From: Octopus bimaculoides
Taxonomy: Eukaryota
Assembly: GCF_001194135.2 (NCBI RefSeq)
Contig: NC_068987.1
Coordinates: 100,335,415 to 100,399,414 of the forward strand
Direction: 5' to 3'
DNA: 64,000 nt
Under the pieces are notes generated by a model that had not been told where the DNA came from, searched no databases, and saw only the letters and a program-made list of their open reading frames with translations. Position 1 is the stretch's first letter. Every line of letters begins with the position of its first letter. Both the position numbers and the translations under genes were made by a program. Shown one piece after another: positions 39,173 through 52,752 of the stretch.

Positions 39173-39893
39173 AAATAATGAAAAGAAATATAACAAGTAA
39201 CTGTAGAATATGTGGAGATGGACAAGAAACAATAAATCATATTATCTATGGCTGCCCAATCCTNNNNNNNNNNNNNNNNNNNNNNNNNNNNNNNNNNNNN
39301 NNNNNNNNNNNNNNNNNNNNNNNNNNNNNNNNNNNNNNNNNNNNNNNNNNNNNNNNNNNNNNNNNNNNNNNNNNNNNNNNNNNNNNNNNNNNNNNNNNNN
39401 NNNNNNNNNNNNNNNNNNNNNNNNNNNNNNNNNNNNNNNNNNNNNNNNNNNNNNNNNNNNNNNNNNNNNNNNNNNNNNNNNNNNNNNNNNNNNNNNNNNN
39501 NNNNNNNNNNNNNNNNNNNNNNNNNNNNNNNNNNNNNNNNNNNNNNNNNNNNNNNNNNNNNNNNNNNNNNNNNNNNNNNNNNNNNNNNNNNNNNNNNNNN
39601 NNNNNNNNNNNNNNNNNNNNNNNNNNNNNNNNNNNNNATAATTCCTATCATAGTAGGTGCCTTAGGTATAATAAAAAAAATATCCAGACAAATACATAAC
39701 AAAAACAACAGGACTTACAAATATATATAACATACAGAAAATTGCACTACTGGGTACTGCACACATTCTACGCAAAACACTTTCAATACAGTAAACATAA
39801 GAGCACCACAGCAAACCACAGCACATACCCAAGACGCACAGAGCTGCGCTCGGTAGTGAGGTGAAAGCATGTTATAAAAATAAAACTACTGAA
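39171..39893 (+). mobile_element. R4/Dong-like 3' fragment, family B, with an internal gap, ending at (TAA)n
   Basis: CRICGDGQETINHIIYGCP [gap 39264-39637] IPIIVGALGII..IQKIALLGTAHILRKTLSIQ*. The 3' UTR is followed by (TAA)n at 39895-39963. Confidence 0.92.
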
Positions 39894-39894
39894 C

Positions 39895-39964
<70 letters not shown>

Positions 39965-39965
39965 T

Positions 39966-40350
39966 AGTGTTAATTGAGAAAGAAAGCAAACTATACTGGG
40001 ACATAGATATAGCATGCCCAGCTGACAACAAGGTGTGCGATAAGGCAGAATGAAACGTCAATAGATATGACAGGTTAGATACGGAAGGTAATTATTTGCG
40101 ATCGAGGAAAAAGTTGGTAGTAGTACCAAGAATCGTCGGATCCCTGGGAAAGTAAGTAAAAATCTTGATATTTACATGGAACAAATAGGGGCTGCAATAA
40201 AGGTAGAGAACTTGCACTGCTTGGAACCACTCGAATAGTCCGGATGGTGGTCGATAAATAAGGGGTGTTACCTTAGTTAACTGATAGTGTACAGCTGGCA
40301 CCGTAGTACGTCTCCAGCGTTAGAATTTGTGCAAGGGAATAAATAATAAT
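39966..40350 (+). mobile_element. Second family A R4/Dong-like 3' fragment
   Basis: DNA is shared with 38750-39050 (gacatag..atagcatgcccagctgacaacaagg; gcactgcttggaaccactcgaata). It ends in aataaataataataat. Confidence 0.88.
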
Positions 40351-41489
40351 AATGTTTTTAAAAGGATTGACGTATGTCTTCACGAATGAAGACGAAATGA
40401 AAATCGCGATGTGATTGCAATAGATATTTTGTTAGTCCAATGATATATTTCGACAGCAAGCCTGTCCTTGTTATTCAAGATTATAGAAATTCAAATTCAA
40501 ATTTTGAACGAGGGCAACCAGCGTTCCCAACGTGATAGAATGACATCATCAGTCTACAATTACGAAGTTTACTAATTGGCAAAAAAAGAAAGAAATGAAA
40601 AAGAGAAAAAAAGAAAAGGAAAATGAAGAATATCTAATCAAACAGTTTTGTGTAAATATGATAACATTTTCCTCTCATTCTATCTATACTTTCAGGGCTT
40701 AACGTTAATAACTCGCAAACAGATTTCTTCTCATGTATTTTAAGTATTGAAAGTGTAGTAGATTCATAATATTTTCTGAGAATATGCACTTTCAAATCTT
40801 TTTCAAAATTGCAGCGATTTGATGTAAAATATTTGGCGAATTCTGCCGAACAACTGTTAATATGCCTGGCGTCATATGTTAGTTTCCTTGGAGTCAGAAG
40901 CAAAGGTTAATAGTTATCTTATATTTGTATTCCGTCTAACGGCTCTAACGGCGACAATAGGAGGCTGACGAAATACATGTTTCAAACGACAATATTTTCC
41001 CCGAAAATGCTAACTGTCATATACCACTTTTGAAATGCCAGCGCAATTTCTGTGTTATTTAATCACTAAATGAATCACGTCACATATTGTACTTCAAAGT
41101 TTGCTAATCTTACTTATGTCATTTGATATTTCCTTTAATCCTATAGCTTATTTCCTTTAAGCTATAGGTTTTGGCATTACAGTTCCAGAAATGCAAGAAG
41201 TCGATTAAACTATAATGTGATCATTCCCAGACAAACAAGACGTCATCAATGAACCGTAACCAAAGTATTCGTACATGACCTTAAGGATTTAAATGTATTC
41301 AGTAATTGTATCGCGAATTTCGTCATGGAGACGTTCGTGAAATAAACTGCCGTCGAGGGTGGGGGACAATGACGCAATCACTCGTGTGGTTGTAAAATGT
41401 GTGTCTAAACTGCACTGAGTTACTTTGTAACACCAACCTCATAAGCCTATAGAGAAAATTAGATGGAATACTTTAGTTTGACCGCTTTT

Positions 41490-41560
41490 TGAGACATGGG
41501 TGTTTCTACTTTATATCCCAATATTGATCTCGATGAAGGTTTAGATTGTGGCAAGGAGGT
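41490..41560 (+). mobile_element. Tiny possible PLE RT fragment
   Basis: DMGVSTLYPNIDLDEGL resembles the PLE motif DVxSLYxNIxxxEGL; nothing else supports it. Confidence 0.35.
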
Positions 41561-41616
41561 ACAGTCTAACACACAGAAGATTCGATCAGAAAGCATGGTA
41601 AGAGTGGAGAACATAA

Positions 41617-41655
<39 letters not shown>

Positions 41656-42046
41656 TANNNNNNNNNNNNNNNNNNNNNNNNNNNNNNNNNNNNNNNNNNN
41701 NNNNNNNNNNNNNNNNNNNNNNNNNNNNNNNNNNNNNNNNNNNNNNNNNNNNNNNNNNNNNNNNNNNNNNNNNNNNNNNNNNNNNNNNNNNNNNNNNNNN
41801 NNNNNNNNNNNNNNNNNNNNNNNNNNNNNNNNNNNNNNNNNNNNNNNNNNNNNNNNNNNNNNNNNNNNNNNNNNNNNNNNNNNNNNNNNNNNNNNNNNNN
41901 NNNNNNNNNNNNNNNNNNNNNNNNNNNNNNNNNNNNNNNNNNNNNNNNNNNNNNNNNNNNNNNNNNNNNNNNNNNNNNNNNNNNNNNNNNNNNNNNNNNN
42001 NNNNNNNNNNNNNNNNNNNNNNNNNNNNNNNNNNNNNNNNTATATA

Positions 42047-42458
42047 GGCGCAGGAGTAGCTGTGTGGTTAGTAGCTTGCTTACCAACTACATGGTTCCGG
42101 GTTCAGTCCCACTGCGTGGCACCTTGGGCAAGTGTCCTCTACTATAGCCTCGGGCCGACCAAAGCCTTGTGAGTGGATTTGGTAGAAGGAAACTGGAAGA
42201 AGTCCGTCGTATATATGTATATATATGTATGTGTTTGTGTGTCTGTTTTTGTCCCCCTCCCCCCCACCAGCATCAATTGACAACCGATGCTGGTGTGTTC
42301 ACGTCCCTGTAACTTAGCGGTTCGGCAAAAAGTGACCCGATAGAATAAGTACTAGGCTTACAAAGAATAAGTCCTGGGGTCGATTTGATTCGACTAAAGG
42401 CGGTGCTCCAGCATGGCCGCAGTCAAATGACTGAAACAAGTAAAAGAGTAAAAGAGTA
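42047..42458 (+). mobile_element. Family A SINE, full length, little diverged
   Basis: Head ggcgcaggagtagctgtgtggttagtagc..ggttccgggttcagtccc; tail ggccgcagtcaaatgactgaaacaag(taaaagag)2. Confidence 0.93.
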
Positions 42459-42872
42459 TATAATTTCCTCGGGGTAACAGCGTTATAACGTACTTTCCAG
42501 AGTTTCTCAACAAATATCGTCTACCCCATGCTGGCATATAGCAGGAAATCTTTTTTTTTTTTTTCTAGATATACTGAAAGACATCAATGAGTGTAGAAAG
42601 AATTCATACAACATATTAGAATACAAAAAGGGGGAATAAACAGTCTTTAATCCAAATCACTACAATGCTTTCTTTACATTAACGTCAACTATTAATTGTT
42701 GGGTGTTTCATATATACATATTATTATATGAAATATGACCCGACAGTTGTTGCGTCTTTGGGTGCACGTCTTTGTGTGCAGGTATACAACTATTGCTTTA
42801 CTAACTTATGCTAATACACAGAAAGAAGTGTGGTGATATAGTTTAAAGCCTGTCCATTCAATCTTCTTGTAT

Positions 42873-42878
<6 letters not shown>

Positions 42879-42914
<36 letters not shown>

Positions 42915-42917
42915 TGC

Positions 42918-42954
<37 letters not shown>

Positions 42955-42982
42955 CGTGTGTGTGTGTGTGTGTGTGTGTGTT
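42879..42982. repeat. (TG)n microsatellite
   Basis: Direct reading. Confidence 0.95.
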
Positions 42983-43822
42983 TGTTGTTCTAAAATCAGT
43001 GAATGTAGTAAATATTTTTTGGTAATCCGGTTAGTTAGAGCAGCACAGTGGTCTGCAGGAACTTTTAAGAAACATAGAAAGTAGAATGTATGTAAAGTGT
43101 TAAGTAAACAATTGTGTTTGAAGTTAACTGTAGAGAGTGTTATTGAATTATACGATTATTGGGAAATAAACAAACTACACGAAACGGGGAGAATATTAGG
43201 AAAACAATGATAATTCGATCATAGCAATGTCATGTTCTATTTTTGTATTAATATTAAACGATTCAAATATCTCCGAGTCAAATTTTATATGGAACTGAAG
43301 AAGAAGAACAGAAATGCCCGGCAAAAACATTTCTGCAAGAAGCAAAAATAGAAATTCAATAAAATTGGATTTATTTTCAATAATTTTTAAAGAATATAAG
43401 GTGTAAGCAAAGAAACACGCAATATTGGACACAATCTCTCGTACATGTACGTTCAAAAACTGTCATGCATTTAGCTACATATATACAACTGTGTGTGCTG
43501 CTAAGTGTATTAATACCGGATATTTTGTTTGGTAGTTATATGTATGTATTATATGTAAATGTATATGCACACACCTAAACACAGACATATATAATGTGCA
43601 TGCATGTGATACTTATTATATAACTACCAAATAAAATTTCCGATACTATTACATATGGAAAATGGAGAGAAGCATGGGTTGTATATATGTAGAAAAATGC
43701 ATTAGAGTTTATGAATATACGTATGTGAGAGTTTGTGTCCACTAATACGTGTGTAAACATTTGCATATCGTTAACGCGCTGTCTGTACCTCATCTTGTGT
43801 TTTAATATGTCTATATCGGTAA

Positions 43823-44030
43823 CGGTGGCGTGGTGGCGGAAGCGTTATGAAAACGGGAACATACTGAGGGATATTTTGTCCGTCTTTACGTACTTAGCTT
43901 AAATGCCACCGGGTCCGACTCTGCCTGCCTATCATCCGCTTTGGGGTCGATAAAATGAATAACACGTGAGCTGTTGGGCGATCCAATCAACGTATCACTT
44001 CACAGAAATTTATAGCCTAGTGCCCCATCT
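43823..44030 (+). mobile_element. Family B SINE, diverged
   Basis: It shares gtccgtctttacgt, ggggtcgataaaat and the overall layout with 35551-35766. Confidence 0.7.
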
Positions 44031-44079
44031 TATATCTCAATATGTCCATATCGATGAAGCAGCAACATAAAAGAGGGTA

Positions 44080-44460
44080 GGTGGCCCGGACAAACAATGT
44101 TTATGACTTACCTTTAACTTTACTGCTGATTCTTTGGTTTCTATATTGATTAAGCCCAAAATATCGCCTGAAGATTTCTTGTAAGTATAACTAATTCGCA
44201 ATGATGTTTGGTCGGCAAGCTGGAATTTCCGGGTCAGTCTGTGCACTGAAATTCCAAAAGATGGTAACTTAAGCATTCTTGATAACATGTGTTATTTCTA
44301 CAATTCTCCTTCTGGGGAAAGCAGCATGTGCGGCATATTGACCAATGAGATCCCCGGTGTTATCGCAGTTGGCTACATTCAGAGAGTATATGGTCGCTTG
44401 TCTCGTTGTTTAAGTTTCAGAACATTATACAGATAAATCATAGTTGGAAGACACTGATCC
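44080..44460 (-). mobile_element. R4/Dong-like CCHC/REL fragment
   Basis: The minus strand reads NETSDHILSECSQL, HWSICR and VTIFWNFSAQTDPEIPACRPNII (like VTILWDFxxQTD..RPDI). Confidence 0.7.
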
Positions 44461-46674
44461 TGAGAATCAAATAACACCACTCAATTTTCGGTGTGACACC
44501 AGAGGCTTCCAACAACTGAGAGGTTAAATGCATGGTCTACATGTGGTTTCTGGTTCAAATCAGCTATTTGCCCCGCGGTCGGTTTTGCTCTCATTTCTCT
44601 GTATTGTAAATTTATTCGTGTGATCTAGCTACATTTAATGTATCTAGCTACATTTCTCGAAGGCATATTATTGCAATCATCCAACTGATAATTACACTCT
44701 GAAGAAATATGAAACAGACATTAGTGATACTGTAAACATAAGTATTGTGAAGGCCTCCTCATTAGATTTAAACCTGGCAGTGAAATGAAACGTGGAAACA
44801 TATATTTAATGTTTCTAAGCAGCATCAGGTATGTAGTTCTACATTTACATGCACCAATGTATGGCTGAACACTCAAATCAGACAAGGTGATGAAGTTTTT
44901 TTATGAAATGGAAAGCGGTCACGGAATAAGCATTAAAATATATAAGAACAACAAGTCTTCCAGACGACATTTAATTACTGTTTTCAAATTTTGCTGCGTA
45001 ACGGTGATAATGTTCTATATTCTATTTATCTTTCACTTTCGACACATGATGGTTCAACGGCTGAGTCAATTATCTAGTTTTATTGTCTCCAGTGATACAC
45101 GTGTAGAAGCAAAGAAATAAATATAAGCCCAACTGTTACACAACCTACACACACTGGTCTGTTAATGGTAGTGGAGGATTGTAAAGAAACGCATTATTTT
45201 TAATTTTCCTAGATACTAAAGATAAAAATGATATATCTCCGTCTTTTGCTGGCTGAAAAATCCGAGATTTGTTCTTATGAGAGACTTTTCATATGTCTTA
45301 AAAGTACTGCATGAACCACAAATAAAGTTCATGTTATGCACGTAATTTGAGACATACCGCGCATGACACTAAGCTGATATTTTCTAAATTATTCAAATAT
45401 GTTGGGTGCCCTATATTTTGTGTCATCCTCCGTCATATTACTTCACGATCAAATTCAGTCGAACGCTGCTTTCCCAATAATCATTTCCTGATTGAAAATG
45501 CCCTCTTCCGTTGCATCAAAATATCCTCTACTCTTTATTCCTGATTCACTCGGCCCAATATCTTCTCATGGAGATCCATACCAATTTGGAGTGTTGCAAC
45601 AATACTAATATACAATATAACTAACGTCATCTTATCACAATTTTTTCTAGTAGCTTTTTGATAATCGGATGGAGTCCATCACAACGGGATCAACTCATAT
45701 CTGAAATATATCACTATGCATTTCTTTTCGTCATCTGGCCATGTGGCAGCTTTAAATATATAATGAATATTGTGTGCCTGTGCATCGGTACGACTTGATT
45801 AATGTATACATGCATACAAACATAGGCATGTACATACATATGTGCGTATATATGTGTGCGTGCGTTTGTGTTTACTTGTTTGTTGTTTATTTGTGTGTGT
45901 GTACATTCATGGGTTGTACCGAATGACATGCAAACGAAATTCTTCATCTATTTAAAATTAACTCGCTGTTGGAGGACAAAAATAAAAATTACCACTTTGT
46001 TTTCAGTTCCTACGTTGTCAAACGTTACCCGTTCGTCAAAAAGCAACAGCAAAAAATGAAACTGAGTGGTGTATCTCGACAGTATAGTACTTTTATCAAA
46101 GTAACTGATATAATGTGGATTCCCGACCACTTGTATATTATTGTTGGTACTGTAGTATTCCTGTCGCCACTGTTATGCTGTTGCAGTATTCTACGTTTTA
46201 CTATATATGACTCGTCTATCGTGCTACCGCTGAGATCTCTGCAAGATATGACTTCAAATGTTAACCGTGACGGTAACTCGTACTCGTATATAAAGTAACT
46301 GACATTGACTCCAGCTGAGAACTCGTACATGACTCTACTGCTTCAGACTAGCTGGCAGCCTGATTTTATTATAGTAGCTGGACATACCACTTTGTCACGT
46401 TGGAAGGGGAATGCTATTTTTCCTACAACAGTAACACACTAAATTGAAATGGGATTCAAGTAAAAAAATATATATAAACGGGGAATTTCGCAAGTGCGGA
46501 GACTATTTTCGGCTTAAGCAGTGTAACGAAACCAAACATTTGTGACCAGTCTATGACTAAACTGTAGTTCACTAAACTAGAATTGAGGACTAAGGTGGAG
46601 CAAGGCATTTAATACAGAACACACAAATGTTTAAGATGATGTAATGTAAGACAGGAATGATGTAAAGTAAGACA

Positions 46675-46960
46675 GCAATCATACTCATGCATTTATAAAT
46701 TCGACTTAAAATGCGTATACTAATATTAATACATATCAACAGATATGAATCTTTTACAAAATATTTATAAAATATAAACATATACATAAATATACATAAA
46801 ATGCATGTAAATAAAACCCATGTGTGGTACGTGTGGAAGGAAGTGGGAGAAAAGAGGAATGAAAATAATTGTTTTTCAGCCTTCTGTTTATCAATCCTCT
46901 TTTTCTGAAATTTCTTTCCATACGTATCTCACATGGGTTTTATTTACATTCATTTTTACG

Positions 46961-46993
<33 letters not shown>

Positions 46994-47047
46994 TAATATT
47001 AGCATAGGCCCTTTAAGTCGAATTTATAAATGTATGAGTACTATTGC
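46675..47047. repeat. Long imperfect palindrome abutting the PLE 3' end
   Basis: The outer arms 46675-46735 and 46987-47047 match at 54 of 61 positions by my alignment. The inner arms include a perfect 20-mer (atgtaaataaaacccatgtg) at 46805-46824 and 46930-46949; the loop is about 46865-46885. Confidence 0.9.
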
Positions 47048-47049
47048 CT

Positions 47050-48290
47050 AATTTGAGTTTATATCTTAATTGTTATATATATAAGCTGGGATTTTTGTTA
47101 TTGGCGCAAATCGTGATCTGTTGGCTGAATGCAATTTTTCTGTTTTTCTAAATTTTGATCTGGGATCTGTGCGGAGCCATCCTTTGACGTAGGTTAATGT
47201 GTATATGAGGTTCTCTGAAGTATATGTGAAGTGGCTTTTCACTGTGAAACGTTGTCCCTATTTGAAGGAGAACTCTGACCCCTCAATTAAATTGACGCAC
47301 ATCCCACATTTCGGTCTTCCGCATTTTCTTTACTGACGGCTTCAGTGTTTTGTAGAGCTTATTCGGGCTTGTGTTCAGAGACTTTTCATAGATTTGGGCT
47401 GCTTCTTGCATTTTATGACGATGTTTGTCTGAAGGATTAAGTTCATTCCGTGGTCCTTTTTAAGCAGGGGAATGTATTGAAGGATGGTGCCGAAGGCTTC
47501 AATCTTAAGAGGGTTGTGTGTGGAGATGTATGGTAGGGCTTTTGGGTGTAAATCCTTCTTAAATTTGGGATGTCAGAGGTCGTGGATGTTGATCTGTATG
47601 GCATGTTGAAAACATATGTCAATTAGTGATGTTCGGTAGTTCCCACGTTGAAAGCATGTGTCAGTTAGTGATAGTGGGTAATGAGTGTATCCTTTAGTTC
47701 ATGTAGTCGTATATCCCTGGTGCTTGCATTAGAAATTATAGTACAAATCCTTTTTGCTAAGTTGAATAGGATATTCATTCTACTGTATCTGGGGTGGCAT
47801 GAGTTGAACGGTAGATATTTCTTGGAGTCCGTGGGCTTATAGCAACTATCTGTTTCTGTTACGCTGTTAGATTTGTTAATGAGCATGTCGAGGAAGGGAA
47901 GTTCCTGATGGTTATATTCCAACGTGAATTGAATGTTTACGTGAAGTCCTTTTATAAGTGCTTGGAATTCTTTAAGTATCTCTATACTTGCATGCCAAAG
48001 AATGAAACAGTCATCCAGGAATCTCTTCAAGTTATTTTCTATGTAGAAGGAAAATGGGTGACCGTATTTTTCTAGTACCTTACGATAAAGACTCATTTCT
48101 AGAAATCCCATGACTAGGTTAGCAAAGAGGTGGGTAGCAATCTCGCGCCCATCGCAGTCTCCGATTTTCGTCGATAGAAGCTGTTTTTCAAGACAAACTA
48201 TTTATTCTCCAAGATACATTTTATCCCTTCTGTAACGAATTCTCTTTTGATGCGATGTGGAGTTCGTTGTTAGTGTACGTGTCTCTGTGA
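47050..48290 (-). mobile_element. Penelope-like element, Neptune-like: RT, Cys-rich linker and GIY-YIG start, pseudogenised
   Basis: TAMG..FANLVMGFLE; KRFLDDCFILW (FLDD at 48010-48021); IQFTLEY..LPFLDM; YKPTDSKKYLPFNSCHP; KCGRPKCGMC; TSENLIYTLT. There is an internal tandem duplication of about 43 bp near 47600-47680. Confidence 0.92.
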
Positions 48291-48619
48291 TCAAGTGCGA
48301 AGGCGATTCATGATGATGAATGGAAGTGAATCAGAACAGAGTGAAAATCATTGAATGAACGACTTCACAGACCTCTGATTAGTATTGTGGAAAAGCGAAT
48401 GAAATTTAAACTTTGTAACTGGAGCGTTAATCCGCGTCATAAAAGAACAACCGCTCTCTGTAAAACCATAGTAAAGAAGCATGGTAAAATTGTACGAAGA
48501 GAATAAAAAGGGACATATGTGAATATTGCATGCATTGTTCGTTGAAATCAACCAGGGTAATATACATCTGACAGAGCTAAGAAGCTATATTGAATCACTT
48601 TAAAGTCTTAAAAGACTAG

Positions 48620-48980
48620 GCTTATTAATTTGCAGTATATCAAGATTTTGGATGATAAACTAATACATATACAAAGAACAGACATTAATACCTTTAACGA
48701 AAAACAAAATTTAATGCGCGTTGAACTGTTATACCCCCACCACCAGTGTCGACAGAATCTGTGAAACAGAAGAAAGCATTGAGGAATACAAAAATTTGAA
48801 ACATTGCAATGTTGTGAAGTGTAAAAGAAATGAATATATGCTATTAGTAAGGGCATTCTTGGTACTATTATGAAGAAAATATAATCATTGTCAAGGAAAA
48901 TTCTGACCGACATTCGAACAAAGGGATTGCAGGAAATTGAACTATCTTTAACTACAGGCCACTACTCGAAAACTAAGTTC
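48620..48980 (+). mobile_element. Possible decayed R4/Dong REL C-terminus
   Basis: IYAISKGILGTIMKKI..ILTDIRTKGLQEIEL resembles the IVPIxxGALG..LQK tail. Confidence 0.4.
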
Positions 48981-49237
48981 ATGATTGAATCCCAAATAAC
49001 CCATGATCATTCGTTATAACTCACTATTTGTGAAAATGACAGATCAGCGATATAGGCAAGAAGAACAAACAAAAACAACCGCAGAACAATAGCAATAACG
49101 ACATAAAGAACAGCATCAATAACAATAGTAATATTAAATATATATTCCCAACAACGATGTATGTTATATAATTATAAGCACAATAACCATATAGATATAT
49201 ATAACAATAGTATACATGTAACGTATTTGTACGCGCG

Positions 49238-49279
<42 letters not shown>

Positions 49280-49369
49280 ANNNNNNNNNNNNNNNNNNNN
49301 NNNNNNNNNNNNNNNNNNNNNNNNNNNNNNNNNNNNNNNNNNNNNNNNNNNNNNNNNNNNNNNNNNNNN

Positions 49370-49412
<43 letters not shown>

Positions 49413-49699
49413 TATATACTTTTATAAAACAAAATTTTACAAAATATATAGTATCTGTTAACAGTCTTAGCAAAAAGCTCACAGGTGAGTTTTTGTATAT
49501 ATAAATATATGTCTATCTTTTTAAGAGACATATATATATATATATATATAAAATCTAATGAAACCCAGTTGCTACTCGTCTAGACACGCGTACACTCCTA
49601 GTTGATTGGTGGCACTGAGCTCACCTTACCATATCGTCTTCTCAGTTGTATTCTGAAAAGGTGAGCTAAATGTACGGATAATCATATTTAATAAGTCGA

Positions 49700-50460
49700 T
49701 ACTTGAAGCTCCTATCAGTCTTGAGCATATATATTTTCAAATATAGGTAGATCTCCGCTTTTTACTAAAATATTACATTGCAATTTCTTCTGCTTTTGCA
49801 CAAACTCGCATTTCAGCTCTAGCATAGCGTAAGCAATTGTTGATATTCTCTCAGGTTACAATTGAGTGACTTCATAGTGCTAGCATCCTGCTGCAATATC
49901 AGTTGCAGCAGTTTTACACTGCTGACTCATTTTACCATCAACTTCGCCTGAGAATAGGAAGAGTAGTCCAGCTACGTCACCAGATACGACGTGATGATTT
50001 TCGTCATTGCATAAACTTTAATTTTTCAGCCTCGCTAAAACGGCGACTTCTGGAACGCACACGCGTTGCTTATCTTGTTACCATTCACCATTGTCTATCA
50101 GTGACGTCCTCTGTTTCAGTTACACTTCAATGTACCCCGATTCGAAGATTTGGATTGTTCAGTTCCATGTATTCGGTGTGCGCTTATGGACATATATGCG
50201 CTTATGGACATGTATTATTCTTCTATGCGCTTCGTCTTCCATAATTAAGTGTGGATAAACACCTCAGAGTCCTTTATCGTTGTCACATTTACTGACCAAT
50301 CTTTCTGAAAAAATCGCTGCTACTTCCAACATCTGCGCTTTTTGGACATACTAAACGTTCTTCTATACTTTTGTTAGGCAGTGCTATTTTGTTTTTCTCC
50401 TTCCTCATTCAATGATAAATTATTCAGGCAGGCAGATACACTCCTTCCAGCCATACGCTA
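49700..50460 (-). mobile_element. Possible decayed RTE-type APE endonuclease region
   Basis: A GC-richer segment with faint echoes of IITxxSG..LDY and QxLL; no intact motif. Confidence 0.25.
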
Positions 50461-51283
50461 GAATGATTTAATTTCCGATGAAATTTATTTCATATTATAT
50501 TATGATACTGACTGTTAATGACATTTTTAGCAAGAGTGTTACTCATGCTATAGTCAGTATCTACAAATGTTTCAATATTTTACAACCTTTCTTATTGTTA
50601 TTGTCCGTAGATGTATACATATTAATGCTGGTGTCCAGAGAAATGTACTCTTTTGTCTTTTTCCTCGGCTGGGGTAGAAATATTAGTCGATAACACAATC
50701 CAGTAACTAGACTGGTACATCATTTCTTCGATGTTGGAATCATAAAAAAAAAAAACAGCGAGAATTATAAACAAGGTATCTTTACAACGATCAAACTATA
50801 GAATATGAAGTTGATGATTACGATATGATAATGAGGATGAGGAGGAGGAGGAGGGGGAGATGGAGAATTACAATAATATTAATAATAATTCTACTTCTAA
50901 TAATTAAAACAACGACAGTCATTTGAACATTATTATCCTGATCATCATCGTCATCAACATACCAACAACCATAATACCTTCGGCCATTACAGAACTAACG
51001 AAAACATAAGAACGCGTATAGCAGCAGCTATACTTACCAAGGACAACCTTATCAAATTTGCACGCATAAGAATATCAAATACCACGTAAAGAATATGGAA
51101 ACAACAAAATAATGAAATATATTTTATCTCTAAATCCGTATAAAATAAGACGTGCACAACTTGAAAAGGTTAGAAAAAGAACGGAGAAAGCATACATATG
51201 TATGTATGTATGCATGCATGTATGTATGTATGAATGTATGTATGCATGCATATACGTATGTATGTATGTATGCATGTATGTGT

Positions 51284-51429
51284 GTATGTGTGTATGCATG
51301 TATGTATGTATGTATGAATGTATGTATGTATGTGTGCATTTACACATATACATAAGGAAAATAAGACAAGGAAGACAATGCTAAACTAATTTTATCCTAA
51401 AGAACATTTTAGAACTAGTGGAGTAGCCG

Positions 51430-51478
<49 letters not shown>

Positions 51479-52077
51479 TTTCGTATATACATATGTGTAT
51501 TTACACCAGAGTAAGCACATAAATGTGAAACAAGGTGATAAAAATAGTACTCGAATACAGGAGTTAGAGTAATCTGGTTTGGTAGTAAAGCTGCAAAGAC
51601 ATCACAGAAACTGTTCCGTTCTTCGGACAGTTTTGGTTAAGAATGGTGTCAGATTCTCAAGCAAACTGCCCGACGAACTGGAACGTGAAACTCTGAGTTT
51701 GAGAATTTGTGATGTATCTGCAGCTTTATCAGTAAGATATGTGTATGCATATAAATATAAGTGTATAACTCTTTAAATTTTAGGTTCTTTTATATTTTAT
51801 ATTTTAGACTTTACAATATTCATGCTTAATTACGCATACATTTTTACACGCATTTATATTCACACGTATTTGTTATCTACATTCAGATTTTTATACATAT
51901 TGATATTTATATTTCGTATATNNNNNNNNNNGTATGTGTGTATGCATGTATGTATGTATGTATGAATGTATGTATGTATGTGTGCATTTACACATATACA
52001 TAAGGAAAATAAGACAAGGAAGACAATGCTAAACTAATTTTATCCTAAAGAACATTTTAGAACTAGTGGAGTAGCCG

Positions 52078-52126
<49 letters not shown>

Positions 52127-52183
52127 TTTCGTATATACATATGTGTATTTACACCAGAGTAAGCACATAAATGTGAAACAAGG
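51284..52183. repeat. Exact 252-bp duplication (51284-51535 and 51932-52183)
   Basis: The copies appear identical, including microsatellite lengths. The second copy is an entire mini-contig between two gaps. Confidence 0.9.
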
Positions 52184-52537
52184 NNNNNNNNNNNNNNNNN
52201 NNNNNNNNNNNNNNNNNNNNNNNNNNNNNNNNNNNNNNNNNNNNNNNNNNNNNNNNNNNNNNNNNNNNNNNNNNNNNNNNNNNNNNNNNNNNNNNNNNNN
52301 NNNNNNNNNNNNNNNNNNNNNNNNNNNNNNNNNNNNNNNNNNNNNNNNNNNNNNNNNNNNNNNNNNNNNNNNNNNNNNNNNNNNNNNNNNNNNNNNNNNN
52401 NNNNNNNNNNNNNNNNNNNNNNNNNNNNNNNNNNNNNNNNNNNNNNNNNNNNNNNNNNNNNNNNNNNNNNNNNNNNNNNNNNNNNNNNNNNNNNNNNNNN
52501 NNNNNNNNNNNNNNNNNNNNNNNNNNNNNNNNNNNNN

Positions 52538-52570
<33 letters not shown>

Positions 52571-52703
52571 GTGTTTGTGTTTGTGTGTGTGCTTTATTGT
52601 GTGTGTGTATGTATGTATGTATATATATTAATATATGAAATACATGAAGTATATATATTTATTTAAAATTTTATAAATACGTATGAGTCTGTGTGTATGT
52701 GTC

Positions 52704-52752
<49 letters not shown>

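Noticed and set aside
41140-41168. Perfect 11-bp hairpin cctatagctta/taagctatagg
   Set aside because: Short, AT-rich and without supporting context; plausible by chance in 64 kb.
43196-43294. HDIAMIEL peptide after a good minus-strand acceptor, resembling the trypsin catalytic-Asp motif
   Set aside because: A stop follows four codons later, there is no donor, and I found no His or Ser motif exons.
44699-44728. CTGAAGA-AATAT-GAAAC hammerhead-like core
   Set aside because: Stem II cannot form properly, stem III mismatches, and no PLE ORF is adjacent.
45300-45700. Possible mariner N-terminal remnant on the minus strand
   Set aside because: Only a faint RSTEFD echo; no WVPH or GDE motif.
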